In this document: positions 12,001 through 23,180 of the stretch, one piece after another
Layout: the number at the start of each line of letters is the position of its first letter
Position numbering within the stretch: the first letter of the stretch is position 1
DNA from: Proteromonas lacertae
Lineage: Eukaryota
Assembly (NCBI GenBank): GCA_002245135.1
Contig: NGBS01000015.1
Coordinates: 124,001-153,504 of the forward strand
DNA: 29,504 bases
Reading direction: 5' to 3'
Translations under genes and position numbers: made by a program
The notes under the pieces: generated by a model
What the model was told of the DNA's origin: nothing
The model's database searches: none
What the model saw: only the letters and a program-made list of their open reading frames with translations

Positions 12001-15000
12001 TTAAAAATCTGTATAAATGAGAATGAGAATGTAAAATTAAAAATATCCAGTTATTCATCAAAAGAAGAATTCTCAAAAACAATTGAAATTCCATTTGATT
12101 TAAGTGTATTAAATAATGATAATGATAAAATAACATTGAAAATAAAATGTTTTGATGAAATTAGTTTAATCAACAAAATAGAAAACGATGTTGGTTTTCA
12201 AGTAGAATTTCAATCATCAATAAATAATTATATAAAAGAATCAAATGGAGAATCAATTATTATGTCAATTGAAAGAGGCGATTATTCCATGATAATAACT
12301 CCCAAAGATAATATGAGAGAATCTGTTATATCATTCCATCATTTGGTAAAAAATGAAGAAGAATTATATATCTATTTACCATATCCAAATATAATAATGA
12401 GTTGGTATTTGAATGAAACAAAAGAAATTGAAGAGAGTAATAGAATAATGAATAGAATAGAATATATAAAATCGTTAGAAGAAGCAATAATAGTGATAAG
12501 TCCATCAATAATAAATCTAAAAGAGATAAAAGAAAAAGAGATTGAAAGAATGGAATTTGTAATTCGAAATATAGGTAAAGGAAAAGCTTATAGTATAAAG
12601 CATTTATTACCAAAAGTGATCGATAATTATTACTTTCTATGTGAAGATAATCCAATAATTCAAATGTTAAATCCATCTCAATCTACAATAATCGAATATA
12701 AAATAACCAAATTATATGAAAAAGAGAATGAAGAAATATATTGTAATTCCTATAAAATTGAATATGAGAATGATATAATTCCATCAGTAATATCAATGAA
12801 ATATCCAATAATCGAAAATGAAAGTTGTATAGATTCTTTGAGAACCTCAATTCCATCTTATTCCAAACAAATATTTGATGAATCACTATTCTTGAATAAA
12901 GAAATTAATTCAATCAAAACTCCAATAATTTATGAGAATTATATAAATGTTGATAGTTTTGATGATTTAAATGGAGAAAAATCCAGAATAAGCCATATAT
13001 TCCTAATTGAAAAAGAGAACTTATGTAAGAAAAGAAATTTGAAATGTGAAGAAAAAGAAATAAAAAATGATGATATATTATTAATATCTAAAGAAAGTAC
13101 AAACCAACTATTTGAAGATTATAATGGAATATTATCATTATATTATTCAATGAGTGATGAAAGAGTAGGATATTATTTAGAATTTGAATCATATAAAGAA
13201 ATCAATCCAATTGAACTATTTAAAATAATCTTATCTTCATCTTCTTATGGAAATAGTAAAATATTAATAACAAATCATATAAATGAAATATCAAAAATAA
13301 TGATGAATTGTATGATGAATTCAGAAAGAATAATTGGATTTATTGAAAACATCCTAAGCAAAAGAGAAATAATCGAAATAAGAGATTTAAATGATAATTT
13401 GATGGATTTATCCTTCTCATCATGTAAATTGAAAAGTGAATGTTTATCTAATTACTTGTTTGTAGTGAATATTCCATATTATATTCAGTATTATTTATTG
13501 AAAAGTGATAAATATGAATATTCCGAAGAATTCTATTCCAAACTATCTGAATATATTTCTACATCTAATAATTATCCAATTTCTACTTTAACATTATCTG
13601 AAGAAGAAGAATTATTGAAATTAATCTCTGAAAAGAGTAAGAAAGAAGTTAAAGTGATATTAGATAATCTTAATCAAGAAATAACAAATCTATTAAACCC
13701 AAATTCTGAAATTTCAATACTGATGAAAAGATTAAGTAATTTCATATTACATTTCATGATAGATTATAATGAAAAGTATCCATCAGCTGAATCTAGTTAT
13801 TATTATGATTTATTGATAGAAAAAATATCAATTAAAGACTATGAGATAAATGAATGTGGAGGAATAATTCCAATGATAAAAGAGAATCCAAAGAATTCCA
13901 ATTCCTATTCAATATCATTTTCAATCTTCATACCAAATATTGATGTAATACCAAAGATTCATCCTCAAATATCCTATTCTTGTGATAAAGATAATAATAT
14001 TGAATTAATATTAACTCAAGTGAATGAAGATATAATATCAAATATTGATGATTATATATTTGAAAGTAATAGAAGATATACCTTTGTTTATTCATTCTCA
14101 ACAAATGAAAGGATAGAAGAAAATGTGAAATGTGAAATAAAAGGCTCAATGAGTTTATCTGAAGAAAATGAAGAATATTATTATTACATTCCAATAATAA
14201 ACAAATCAATAGAAATGAAGAAAGAATCTTATGAATTAGAAATAAAGAATTATATATTGAACATAAATAGAGAAGAATATGATTCATTTAATAATCCAAT
14301 GAAAAATAAAATAATTGAAAGAATCGATAATATTGGAGAAGGTAAAAGTGGATCTATCTGTTTACCAAATAAGATGATATATATAAATGATAATAATGAT
14401 ATTTATAACTATAAAGTAGAATCAAATAAAGAATTGAGAATCTCAAATGATGGAATTTGTATAAATGGAATAGAAAGTAATAATCATGTTGATATAATCT
14501 ACACAGTCAATTCCAATTCTTCAGAATCAATAAGAATAGAATCAATGTATGAATCTAATATAATAAAACCCAATATAGTGAATATATTATACAGTAATAA
14601 TGAAAATGATGTTTATTATGACAATTATGAAGATGAAATAATAGTAATGAAAGAGAATAATGAAAATTGGAAAATCTGTAATAATAGAGTATTACCAAAC
14701 AGTTGTTCTGCTTATTTATCTCCGAAATACAATCAGATAATACTAAATCCAAATATAATATTCGAATCTGAGAATATTTATGAAGTAGAATCATATAAAA
14801 TAATATCCAAACCATTTGAAAATGATATGAAAAAAGTGATAATGAAGATAAAGACATTAATTCCAAGAGATCATATAATTCTATCAATATCTTATTGTGA
14901 AAAGAAAGTGAAATATTGGAGACAACCTGAATTATATATTTATGATTATATTTATATATATATTGATGAATATGATAAAGAGTGTTCTGAAGTGAAAATG

Positions 15001-15501
15001 AGAGTATTTAATCCCAAATCCAAATTTGAAATTCAACCTCCAACATTAAACAACAATAAAGAAGAGAATACTCAATACAAAATCTCATCAAATAATGAGT
15101 TAAAATTATCAATAAATCCTCCATTGAATATAACAAAATATATAATCTTTATAAAATCTGGAGATAATGAAAAAGACTCTTTAATAGTAGAAATAGATGA
15201 AAAGAATAAAGATTCATTATCAATAAAAAGTAATTTCGCAACTTGTAAAGTATATTCAATTGATATATTTGGTGTAAATGAGAGAGAAGAAAAATCATTC
15301 TATCCATTAAATATAAATGCAAAAAGTGAATGTGGAAAGAAGAAATCCAGCAATGGTGGAGCAATTGCAGCAGGAATAATTATTCCTTTGGTAGTGATTG
15401 GAATAGGAATTGGAGTTGGAATTTGGTATTGGAGAAAAAGAAAGACTGTAGCAGTTACACCAATAGGAATTGAAATGATTGAAGTATCTACAAAACATTA
15501 A
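6015..15501 (+). CDS. Giant (about 3100 aa) type-I cell-surface protein: signal peptide, repeated Cys-rich (CEECPxGTF) + vWA-like + beta-rich modules, EGF-like domain, Ig-like stretches, C-terminal TM helix; broken by several indels in this sequence
   Basis: The N-terminus MKYKFIVVYFLLVIFVTPFNITA (ATG 6015) looks like a signal peptide. ORFs 5937, 7425, 7837, 8226, 8692, 9111 and 9814 abut or overlap and join with 1-2 nt indels (about 7375, 7462, 7887, 8085, 8155-8185, 8729, 9136, 9777). EGF-like CVNNCNHGSCIFGECVCMKGWKNADC. TM GGAIAAGIIIPLVVIGIGIGVGIWYW followed by RKRK. Confidence 0.75.
6471..9136 (+). repeat. Intragenic tandem repeat, unit about 1.26 kb, about 2.1 copies (6471-7733, 7734-9000, partial 9001-9136)
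   Basis: TGTGAAGTATGTTCTACAGGAGT begins at 6471, 7734 and 9001. The intervening sequence is near-identical, with a few substitutions (MKII vs MEII, KYINF vs KYLNF) and small indels. Confidence 0.95.
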
Positions 15502-15613
15502 TCAATCTCTTATTATTATTATTATTATTAATATATCAAAATTGTTTTTGTTGTATATAATATTATGAAAAAGATTAATAATATGAAATATATGTTTATA
15601 ATTATTCAAAAAT

Positions 15614-18600
15614 CTATTCCTCAGATTCTGTATTTTCTAAATTACCCAAAAACTCTTCAACTGTTTTAACTACATTTTCATACTCATTATCTTCTTTTTC
15701 TTCTTCTTCAACTTTATAAATTGTTATCCACAACACACCTGGCTGCATTCTGATTCTGTTAAGACGATTAAAATCAATTGAAGTTTCTTTATTCATATAA
15801 ATACCTTCATTTCCATTTCCATTCATTATACTCCAACTATTTAATCCAATTTTCATCATTATTTTACTCAATTCATTGTGGAAGAAATCTATACACAAAT
15901 CGCTTTTCAATTCCATAATTAAGTAAATATATGCATTTATCTCACCTTTTATTTCATATTTAATTTCTCTTTCACTTAAATAACTTTGAATCAATAACAA
16001 TAGAGTATCAAATTTTCTTTCATTTTCATTGTTCTTTTCATTGTTATTATTGTTGTTATAAGATTGAAAAGAAGAAGAAGAAGAATATGATGGAGAAGTT
16101 ATATTTGTTTTAACAACTGGGAATTTAAACTGGAATTCAACAGTAACAGTCTCTTTTAAATCATCAAATAGCAATTTTTCTCTATCAGTAATTCTTGGAT
16201 AACTATTCAAAGAAAAAAGTAATAATTTAAAATATACAATAACGAACAACCGTTTATCAATATCTCATCACATTTATTACTTATTTCTTTTTCATTCTTA
16301 TTCTTCATATCTTTTTCTAACTTCAATATCAAATTCAATAGCTTTTTACTAATTTCATCATTTTCTATATACTCATTCAAATTCGTATGTGAATATATCA
16401 ATCTACGAATATTTGCATTAATAATTTCTAATATTCCCATTATCATTCTATTATTATCATGATTATTAGATATTAATATATTCAACAACTCATATAATTG
16501 ATAGAATGTATGTGATGAACATTCAATAGAATAACTTTCTTCTAAACTGCAACTATCATTGCTTCTACCATCTATTTGATATTTTGAACTCATTTTCTTT
16601 ATTTCATTTATACATAATTTCTCTATTAATAAACAGATTTCTTTAGCAATATCTTCATACTAAATAATAATAATAATAATAAAAAGAAATATAAAATAAT
16701 TAAAATATACATTTGTTGGAGCAGTCTGTTCATATTGGGCATATATTTTCAATATACTTTTATCTTTCATTTCATATATGCATGGATCAATAAACAAAAC
16801 ATCGCAATTACTAGTAGAACTACCTTTATTAACCACTTCAAACTTTATTCTTTCAATTGAAGGGAATAAAGACACTTGACAATAATGATAAACTCCTATT
16901 TCTTGTATTGAAGGAGATGTATATAATAATATATCATCATTTCCATAGACTTTTAATTTAATATCAAAGTTTTTATTTTTACCAACATCATCATTTAAAG
17001 CTAATTTCAAACTTAATCTATAGTATTTAGTCTTTTCAATATCATAAGAAACACTACATTCCTTTTCACCTTCCATTGATAAAGATATAAATTGTTGAAT
17101 TGAATTACCATTAAAACAAGTATTTTCACTACTTAATAACTTTCCTTTTATATATTTAATTTTCATTTCATTCATTCTATGTATTATAGAACCATCATCA
17201 TGTCTATTTTCTTTATCCAAAGTCTCAATATTTATTAATTCAATAGCTCTTCCACTACCATAAAATGAAACTGCAGGATAAATAATACCTGTGACATCTT
17301 CAAAATAACCATTCATCTCTTTATCATTCAAATATAGATGTAATTCATGTAAATTACAGTTTAAATCAAATCTTACTACATCACCTTGATGAACTTTCTC
17401 TGCCTTTTCACTTAATACACTTCCTTTACTGTATAATTGACCATTATAAGCTCTCCACATCCACAATTGCGGACTTGTACTATATTCACTGTTTAATACT
17501 GGAGCTATTGCAGCTCCAAAACAACTCATTTCATCTCCATTTTTATCTTCGATTATTTTGAATGACCAAGTATGACGACCTGTTTCACAAGGATAATCAA
17601 TAAGCGCATGCTAATAATATAAATATATAAAATGTAATATACATGTTTATTTTCATTAGAACATCTCGCTACTCTTCCTCTTCTCTCAATAGTAATTCCA
17701 CTAGAACATAATTCTTGTTTAAAAACAGCTGTTTTTCTCGGTTCATTATTACTATCACTTGAACTATTCAATGATAAAAGTGTCTGTGAGAATTCTATTA
17801 ATTCTTTTTGCCAATATTTCGCTGTATCTTCATCAAATAATGAGTTATGATCAACATTGTTTAGAAATACATTCATTACTGATAATATGATAGATAATGA
17901 ACTACTTCTTAAGGCCAATGTCTATATAATAATAATAATAATAATAATACATATAATGTTTTAATTGCTTCATTTCTAACTTCTTTCTTTGTTGTTTTTG
18001 TACATTTCACTAACCAATTGCTTAAGTCTTTTAATACTTCAAATGAATCAGTATAACTATTAATAGATTAAACAAAATATATACATTGTTTGAGATTCAG
18101 GTGTATATAGTTTAATACTATCAATTGAATGACATTTACTCTTTTGATAACCGAATAACAACAAACGAATTTTATTGGTCAAAAATGGCTCAATTAAAAT
18201 ATGTTTAGATTGTAACCCATCTATTTTTATAAATCCAACGGATCTATATTTTTTATCTTCTTCACTTTCTATAACTATATAATCTGGACTACAATTATTG
18301 CTAAAACTAATCTCAATCTCACTGATGTATATTTCCTTTGAAAATGACACTCCCCAGAAACTACATTCATTATCATTGTTTTTGGTTGAAGTCCATTCAT
18401 CTGGTTCACTTGCAAGTGCAAATTGTGGTTTCTTTGAACAATCACTTGAAAAACAAAGCTCTGGGTTGATATTGATTTCTTTTCCAGGTGGAATCTATAT
18501 ATTTTATAATATTATAGTAATTACGTGATAAGGTGACCAATCTGTAAACAAACAATTAGGTGGTAAAGTATTAATTATATTTGAAACAGTCTCAACTGGT

Positions 18601-18787
18601 TTTACAAGGGCAGATGGTTCTATATCTGCAAAATTTTCAAGTAAAGCAGATAGAGTCTTTAAACCAAGTTCTCTCAGATTGCCTGAGTTTTCTGATGAAA
18701 CCTATACGTATTTAGATAACTATAATTGTATACTACCGTTTTACCAACATTATATTTGCTTAATGTCTTCTCGTAATCTTCTTCCAT
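15614..18787 (-). CDS. Multi-exon protein with an N-terminal galactose-binding/discoidin-like domain, a HERC1-type SPRY domain and an NPCBM/NEW2-like domain
   Basis: ATG 18787 (MEEDYEKTLSK...). Introns at 18736-18702, 18524-18495 and further short GT-AG introns near 18070, 17940, 17625, 16685 and 16220 link ORFs 18060, 17553, 16660, 16207 and 15614. SPRY: CFGAA...LWMWRAYNGQLY...QGDVVRFDLNC...FEDV..IYPAVSFY. NPCBM-like: VSYDIEK...LALNDD...LKVYGNDDILLYTS...IKFEVVNKG...DVLFIDP. Confidence 0.7.
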
Positions 18788-18840
18788 TCAATCAAAAAAA
18801 CCAAAAAGCTTGAGTGTATGTTTGAAAAGAAATATTCTTA
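18788..18840. promoter_or_regulatory. Putative compact bidirectional promoter (53 bp) between the SPRY gene and CTF8, containing AAGCTTG
   Basis: Head-to-head ATGs at 18787 (-) and 18841 (+), with AAGCTTG at 18806-18812. Confidence 0.5.
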
Positions 18841-19309
18841 ATGAATGTTGTAGTGAAATGCCCTTCCCAATGGAAAGAAATTTTGTCTTCTCAAGAGAAC
18901 AATAGTGAATATGATGTAAGGTTGTAATTCTTATGAAATAGTGGATACTTATAGAACTTCAAGGAGTTGTGGAGTTTAAAAATGGCCAAAATGCTCAATT
19001 AGAGAAATTAGGTACTTTACAGATTGAAAATGTATTATATTTTATCATTTTATATAGAATACTCCTGTTTTAATAATAGGAACTCATAAAATGGTTGGTA
19101 AAATCGAGAATTTGTCAAAACCATTGGCAGGTATATTTATATTCTATATACTTCTGTAGTAATAGAAAAGATAAATGAAAATGATAATAATGGTATGTAA
19201 TTTTGTTATTAATATCTATATAGAGGAAATAAATATAAATGCAATTATCAAAAAGAGGATAATATTCTTTTCAAGACCAGAACCAATCATTCTTTCTAAA
19301 ACCAAATAA
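18841..19309 (+). CDS. CTF8: Chromosome transmission fidelity protein 8 (Ctf18-RFC subunit); exons 18841-18915, 18942-19031, 19058-19130, 19160-19192, 19224-19309
   Basis: Four GT-AG introns of 26, 26, 29 and 31 nt give ...WILIELQGVVE...LGTLQIEN-NTPVLIIGTHKMVGKIENLSKPLAVIEK...INAIIKKRIIFFSRPEPI, which matches the Ctf8 pattern (ELQG, P.L.IG.H.L.GK...L.KPLAV, AII.KK..F..RP.PI). Not in the ORF track. Confidence 0.9.
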
Positions 19310-19436
19310 CTACAAGTATATTCCTATAATGTTCGTGATTTTTTCATTAATATATAATTATTTTTTTATAATTTTTTCTTATTCATGTTTTAAAATTAAT
19401 AACTGAAAAATAAAACGACTATATTTTCATCTAAAA

Positions 19437-22263
19437 ATGAATTATTTTGAAAATGATATGATCTACTCTATATTACCATCTGATTTTTATGTATTTTGAT
19501 TGATTTATATATGTAGATAAAAAAACGAATAGAAAAGAGCGAAATAGAAATAGATTTAGTTGTAGAAGATGAAAATGAAGTTAAAATGATGAAAATGATT
19601 AATATAAGTGGAATGAAAGGAAAAGAAACATCAAAATTCTATGAGAATAACTCTCTGTTAAATCAATGTTGTTTCTCCTTTATATATCCTTGTAATGTGT
19701 TTCAGATAAATGAATGTCGTGAATATATTTTATTAGAGAGAGATTATTACTCTAGAGACTTAGAAGAGATGATTCAGAGTAAATCACTCACAAAAAGTGT
19801 TATACATAGTGTGATATGTTCATTATATGATATATTGATGGTATTAAGTGATTGTGATATAGTGATAAGTAATTTGAAGAGTAGTAACATAATATATGAA
19901 GAAAATGAGGATGTTAAATTATGTGATTTATTCATGGATTTATTGAGAAAAGAAAAAGAAGGATTGAGATTATATGATGTGTGCTTTACAAGCCCTGAAG
20001 AGTTGAATGGATTAGAATGTAACGAGAGAAGTGTAATTTGGTCAATTGGTTGTATAATATATGAAATGATAAACAAGAAATTACCATTTAATGAAGATAA
20101 TAATATCAACAAAACCAAAGACAAAATTGTGAGATGTAAATACAATTTTGATGTAGAATATGATGATGTGATGAAAAAAATGATAGAGAGAATGTTAAAA
20201 GTGAAGAGTGAAGATAGATTGAGTTTAAAAGAGTTGAGAAAAGAAATGATAAAAATGTGTGAAATGTTGAGAGATGAAGGTGATTATATGATGATATGTG
20301 AAGAAAGAAAAGAGATAATATATAATAATGATTGTGAAATAGAAATATTTCCATTTAGTATTCAAACAGAGTATTATCTACAGTATAATAAATATGAAGA
20401 AATTCGAGATAGTTTAGTAGAATCCTACAACAATAAAGCAAATGAGAGAGTATTATCAATATTATTGATGATGAAATTATACAAAGGAGATGAATCAATA
20501 AGAGATAAACTGAAATTTCAAATTCACCACCAGTGTAAAGAAAATAGAGAATGTTATTTAGATGAAAAGATTTATAATATTTTATATATTATTTTCGTTA
20601 ATTACAACAGAATATATGTAGGTATAGAATGTATTTGTATATGTGAAGAAGGAATAAATTATTTCTTTAGAATATTGAAACCGATTAATCCAACAATTAT
20701 GCTTTCATTTTGTATTTTATGAATAGTGATTTTTTTGAATAGATGATGAAGTTAATCATGTGATTATTCCAATCAAATATCAATCATTATTTGGATCATG
20801 CTTTTATAAATTATCAAACATTCAAGAATTAGAATTGTCTGGAATGTGTCTTACTTTTCATTTCATTGAACCATTCGTTAAATCAATTCTTCAGATGAAA
20901 TTGAAATATGTAAATCTTAATTGTATAATCACTTTATTTTATTGAAATAGATAATCCAATTGGTTCAAAAGGATTCAAATTGTTGCTTCCATATATACAT
21001 ATATTAATAAACGAAGACAAATTGAAACTTTCAAGTATGAGATTAAATGATAAATCAATGATACTATTATCAAAAGAATTATGCAAATATCCAAATCTTA
21101 AGAAAATAAATATTACACAAAACAGTAATATTCATTCTGCAGGATTAAAAGCATTGTTCTCCAAATTTCCTATATCAAAAATCGAATTTGATTTTAATAA
21201 AAGTAAAGAATTACTGATTGATAAAGATATTCCAGAGTTAATTAAATACATCAATAGATATAATGTACTAAATATAAGCGATTTAGATATTGATGATAAT
21301 TATTTTATATCATTCATTGCATTAAGATCAAGTGACTTTGGAGAAATAGAAAAGTTAGATTTGTGTAGTATAATTAGACATTTCTTATTGTTTAGATAAT
21401 AAACTCACTTATAAAAGCGTAGAAATACTGATTAAGAATTTGTCTACATTTTCAAATCTTAAACATCTTATATTAAATGGGAATGAAATAGGAGATGAAG
21501 GAATGAAAATATTATCTCCACATTTATATGTTCTAAAAGATGGAGAAAATAGAATAGATTGTTCAAGTATAATAATTATCTTTAAAAATATTACAGGAAT
21601 GGGATTAACTTCAGTTGGATTGAAGTATTTAGTGGATTATGTGAAAGTAAATGATATATAATAAAATTAGATATGAATGTGAATGATTCTCATATTTCAA
21701 AAATAAAACAGATTGATTTTGATACACTTGATTTATCCAACAACAAACTCACTTCTAAAGGAATAAAAGAATTAACTGATTCATTACTAAATCGTCCATT
21801 TGTTAATATTTCAATAAATAATAATGATATTGGTGATGAAGGAATAGAAATAATATGTAATCATTTAACTAAATTTATTCAAAGAGATGTACAGAATGAT
21901 TTAATATCGTTAAATTTATCAAGTATTATATGAATAAAATATTGATTTATTATATGAATAGATGTTGGAATGAGTAAGAAAGGATTAAAAGCATTATTAG
22001 AAAGATTAAAAGATTATAAAAGGTTAAGAAGTATTAATCTTTCAGGATATGATTTAAATGAAGAAGAATTACAGTTACTGAGAAAAAATGAAGCAGTGTT
22101 TGATTATTTGGACGAATTATTAATAAATGTGAAAGAAGATATAAATAAATTAGAACTGCAAATGTTTTTAGAAACATTTTCAACAATTGAGAAAATTAAC
22201 TTGGATGGAATTACAGAAGAAGAAAAGCAAGAAATATCAAAAGAATTTGGTAATATCCAATAG
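19437..22263 (+). CDS. Pseudokinase + RNI-like LRR protein (paralog 2); introns 19491-19516, 20712-20742, 20923-20950, 21368-21395, 21567-21596, 21923-21961; one unexplained indel at about 21660
   Basis: Kinase fold with VISNLKSSNII (no HRD), LCDLF (no DFG), SPEELNG and VIWSIGCIIYEM...PF. LRRs: VNLNYNPIGSKG, LKKINITQN, LDLCNNKLT, LILNGNEIGDEG, LDLSNNKLTSKG, ISINNNDIGDEG. The introns join ORFs 19586, 20760, 20980, 21440, 21673 and 21970. Confidence 0.82.
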
Positions 22264-22379
22264 TTTATATATTATTGTTTGACATAATAAAGAATTGTTT
22301 GTTGTTTTATTATTACAAAAATATATTCGTTTCACTTTATCAAACTAACTTGATAATAATAATTCTTAATTCAGAGTAA

Positions 22380-23107
22380 ATGACAGCTCAATACAATCTA
22401 TTTTTTCGTGATCCAGATTGGTTACAGATGAATCAGTTGAATACATTCACAGTACTAGATTATTTTTCTTTATCTTCTTTTTATGATAAAACATGTTGCA
22501 ACGAGATGTGCAAAGTTCAGAGAAATGTATGCAATAATGAAATTTTGTTGTATTTTTGTTGTTAATTTAATTATGTAGAAAAATGACAGGAATTCAATAT
22601 ACAATATTAGCAGACGACTTATCACCTAATTTAATACTTATTGAAAAACTAGAAAGATTTTCACCAGATGAATATAAGCATTTAGGATATTATTATGTAT
22701 TAGGAGGTAATATATATCAATCACCTGATTTATATAGTTTAATAAATACAAGATTAGTATATAATATAGTTTATAAGAAACTAGAACACTATAACCGAAT
22801 GTATGAATAAAGCTTATCAAGATATATCTCAATATCACGAATATAATGAAAATATAGGATCTTATTGGAGTTTCAAAGAAAAAGAAATGGATGAAAAAGA
22901 AGAATATCCTGTAGAGAAAGCGGAAGAAGATGTAGTACGAAATGAAAGAAAAGTGAAGTTAAATCAATTGGAATGGGCAATTAATCAGACATTTAATGAT
23001 GTATTATACTTTATATTGTTACTCTTTCTTAGAAAATGATAATACAGCAACAAGAACAAGATGTTAATAAAAATAATGAATCTAAAAAACGAGTAAGAAC
23101 TGCTTAA
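22380..23107 (+). CDS. MED6: Mediator complex subunit 6; exons 22380-22549, 22579-22756, 22785-23000, 23033-23107
   Basis: FFRDPDWL...VLDYFSLSSFYDKTCCNE...MTGIQY...IEKLERFSP...YYYVLGGNIYQSPDLYSLINTRL...GSYWSF is the Med6 signature. Three introns of 29, 28 and 32 nt keep the frame. Confidence 0.93.
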
Positions 23108-23180
23108 TTTTATTTTTTATTTTTTTTATCAAGCTTAAAAAACTTGGTTTGATTTGAGCGTTTTATTTTTTTATTTTTTG

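Noticed and set aside
10241..15498. Many short minus-strand ORFs opposite the giant gene, and similar shadow ORFs at 2797, 3275, 3719, 6667, 8950, 18298, 19774, 20106, 22638, 24193, 24579, 25722 and 26070
   Set aside because: They are antisense or off-frame shadows of real exons, with L/I/F/H/Y-biased composition typical of AT-rich alternative frames and no recognisable motifs.
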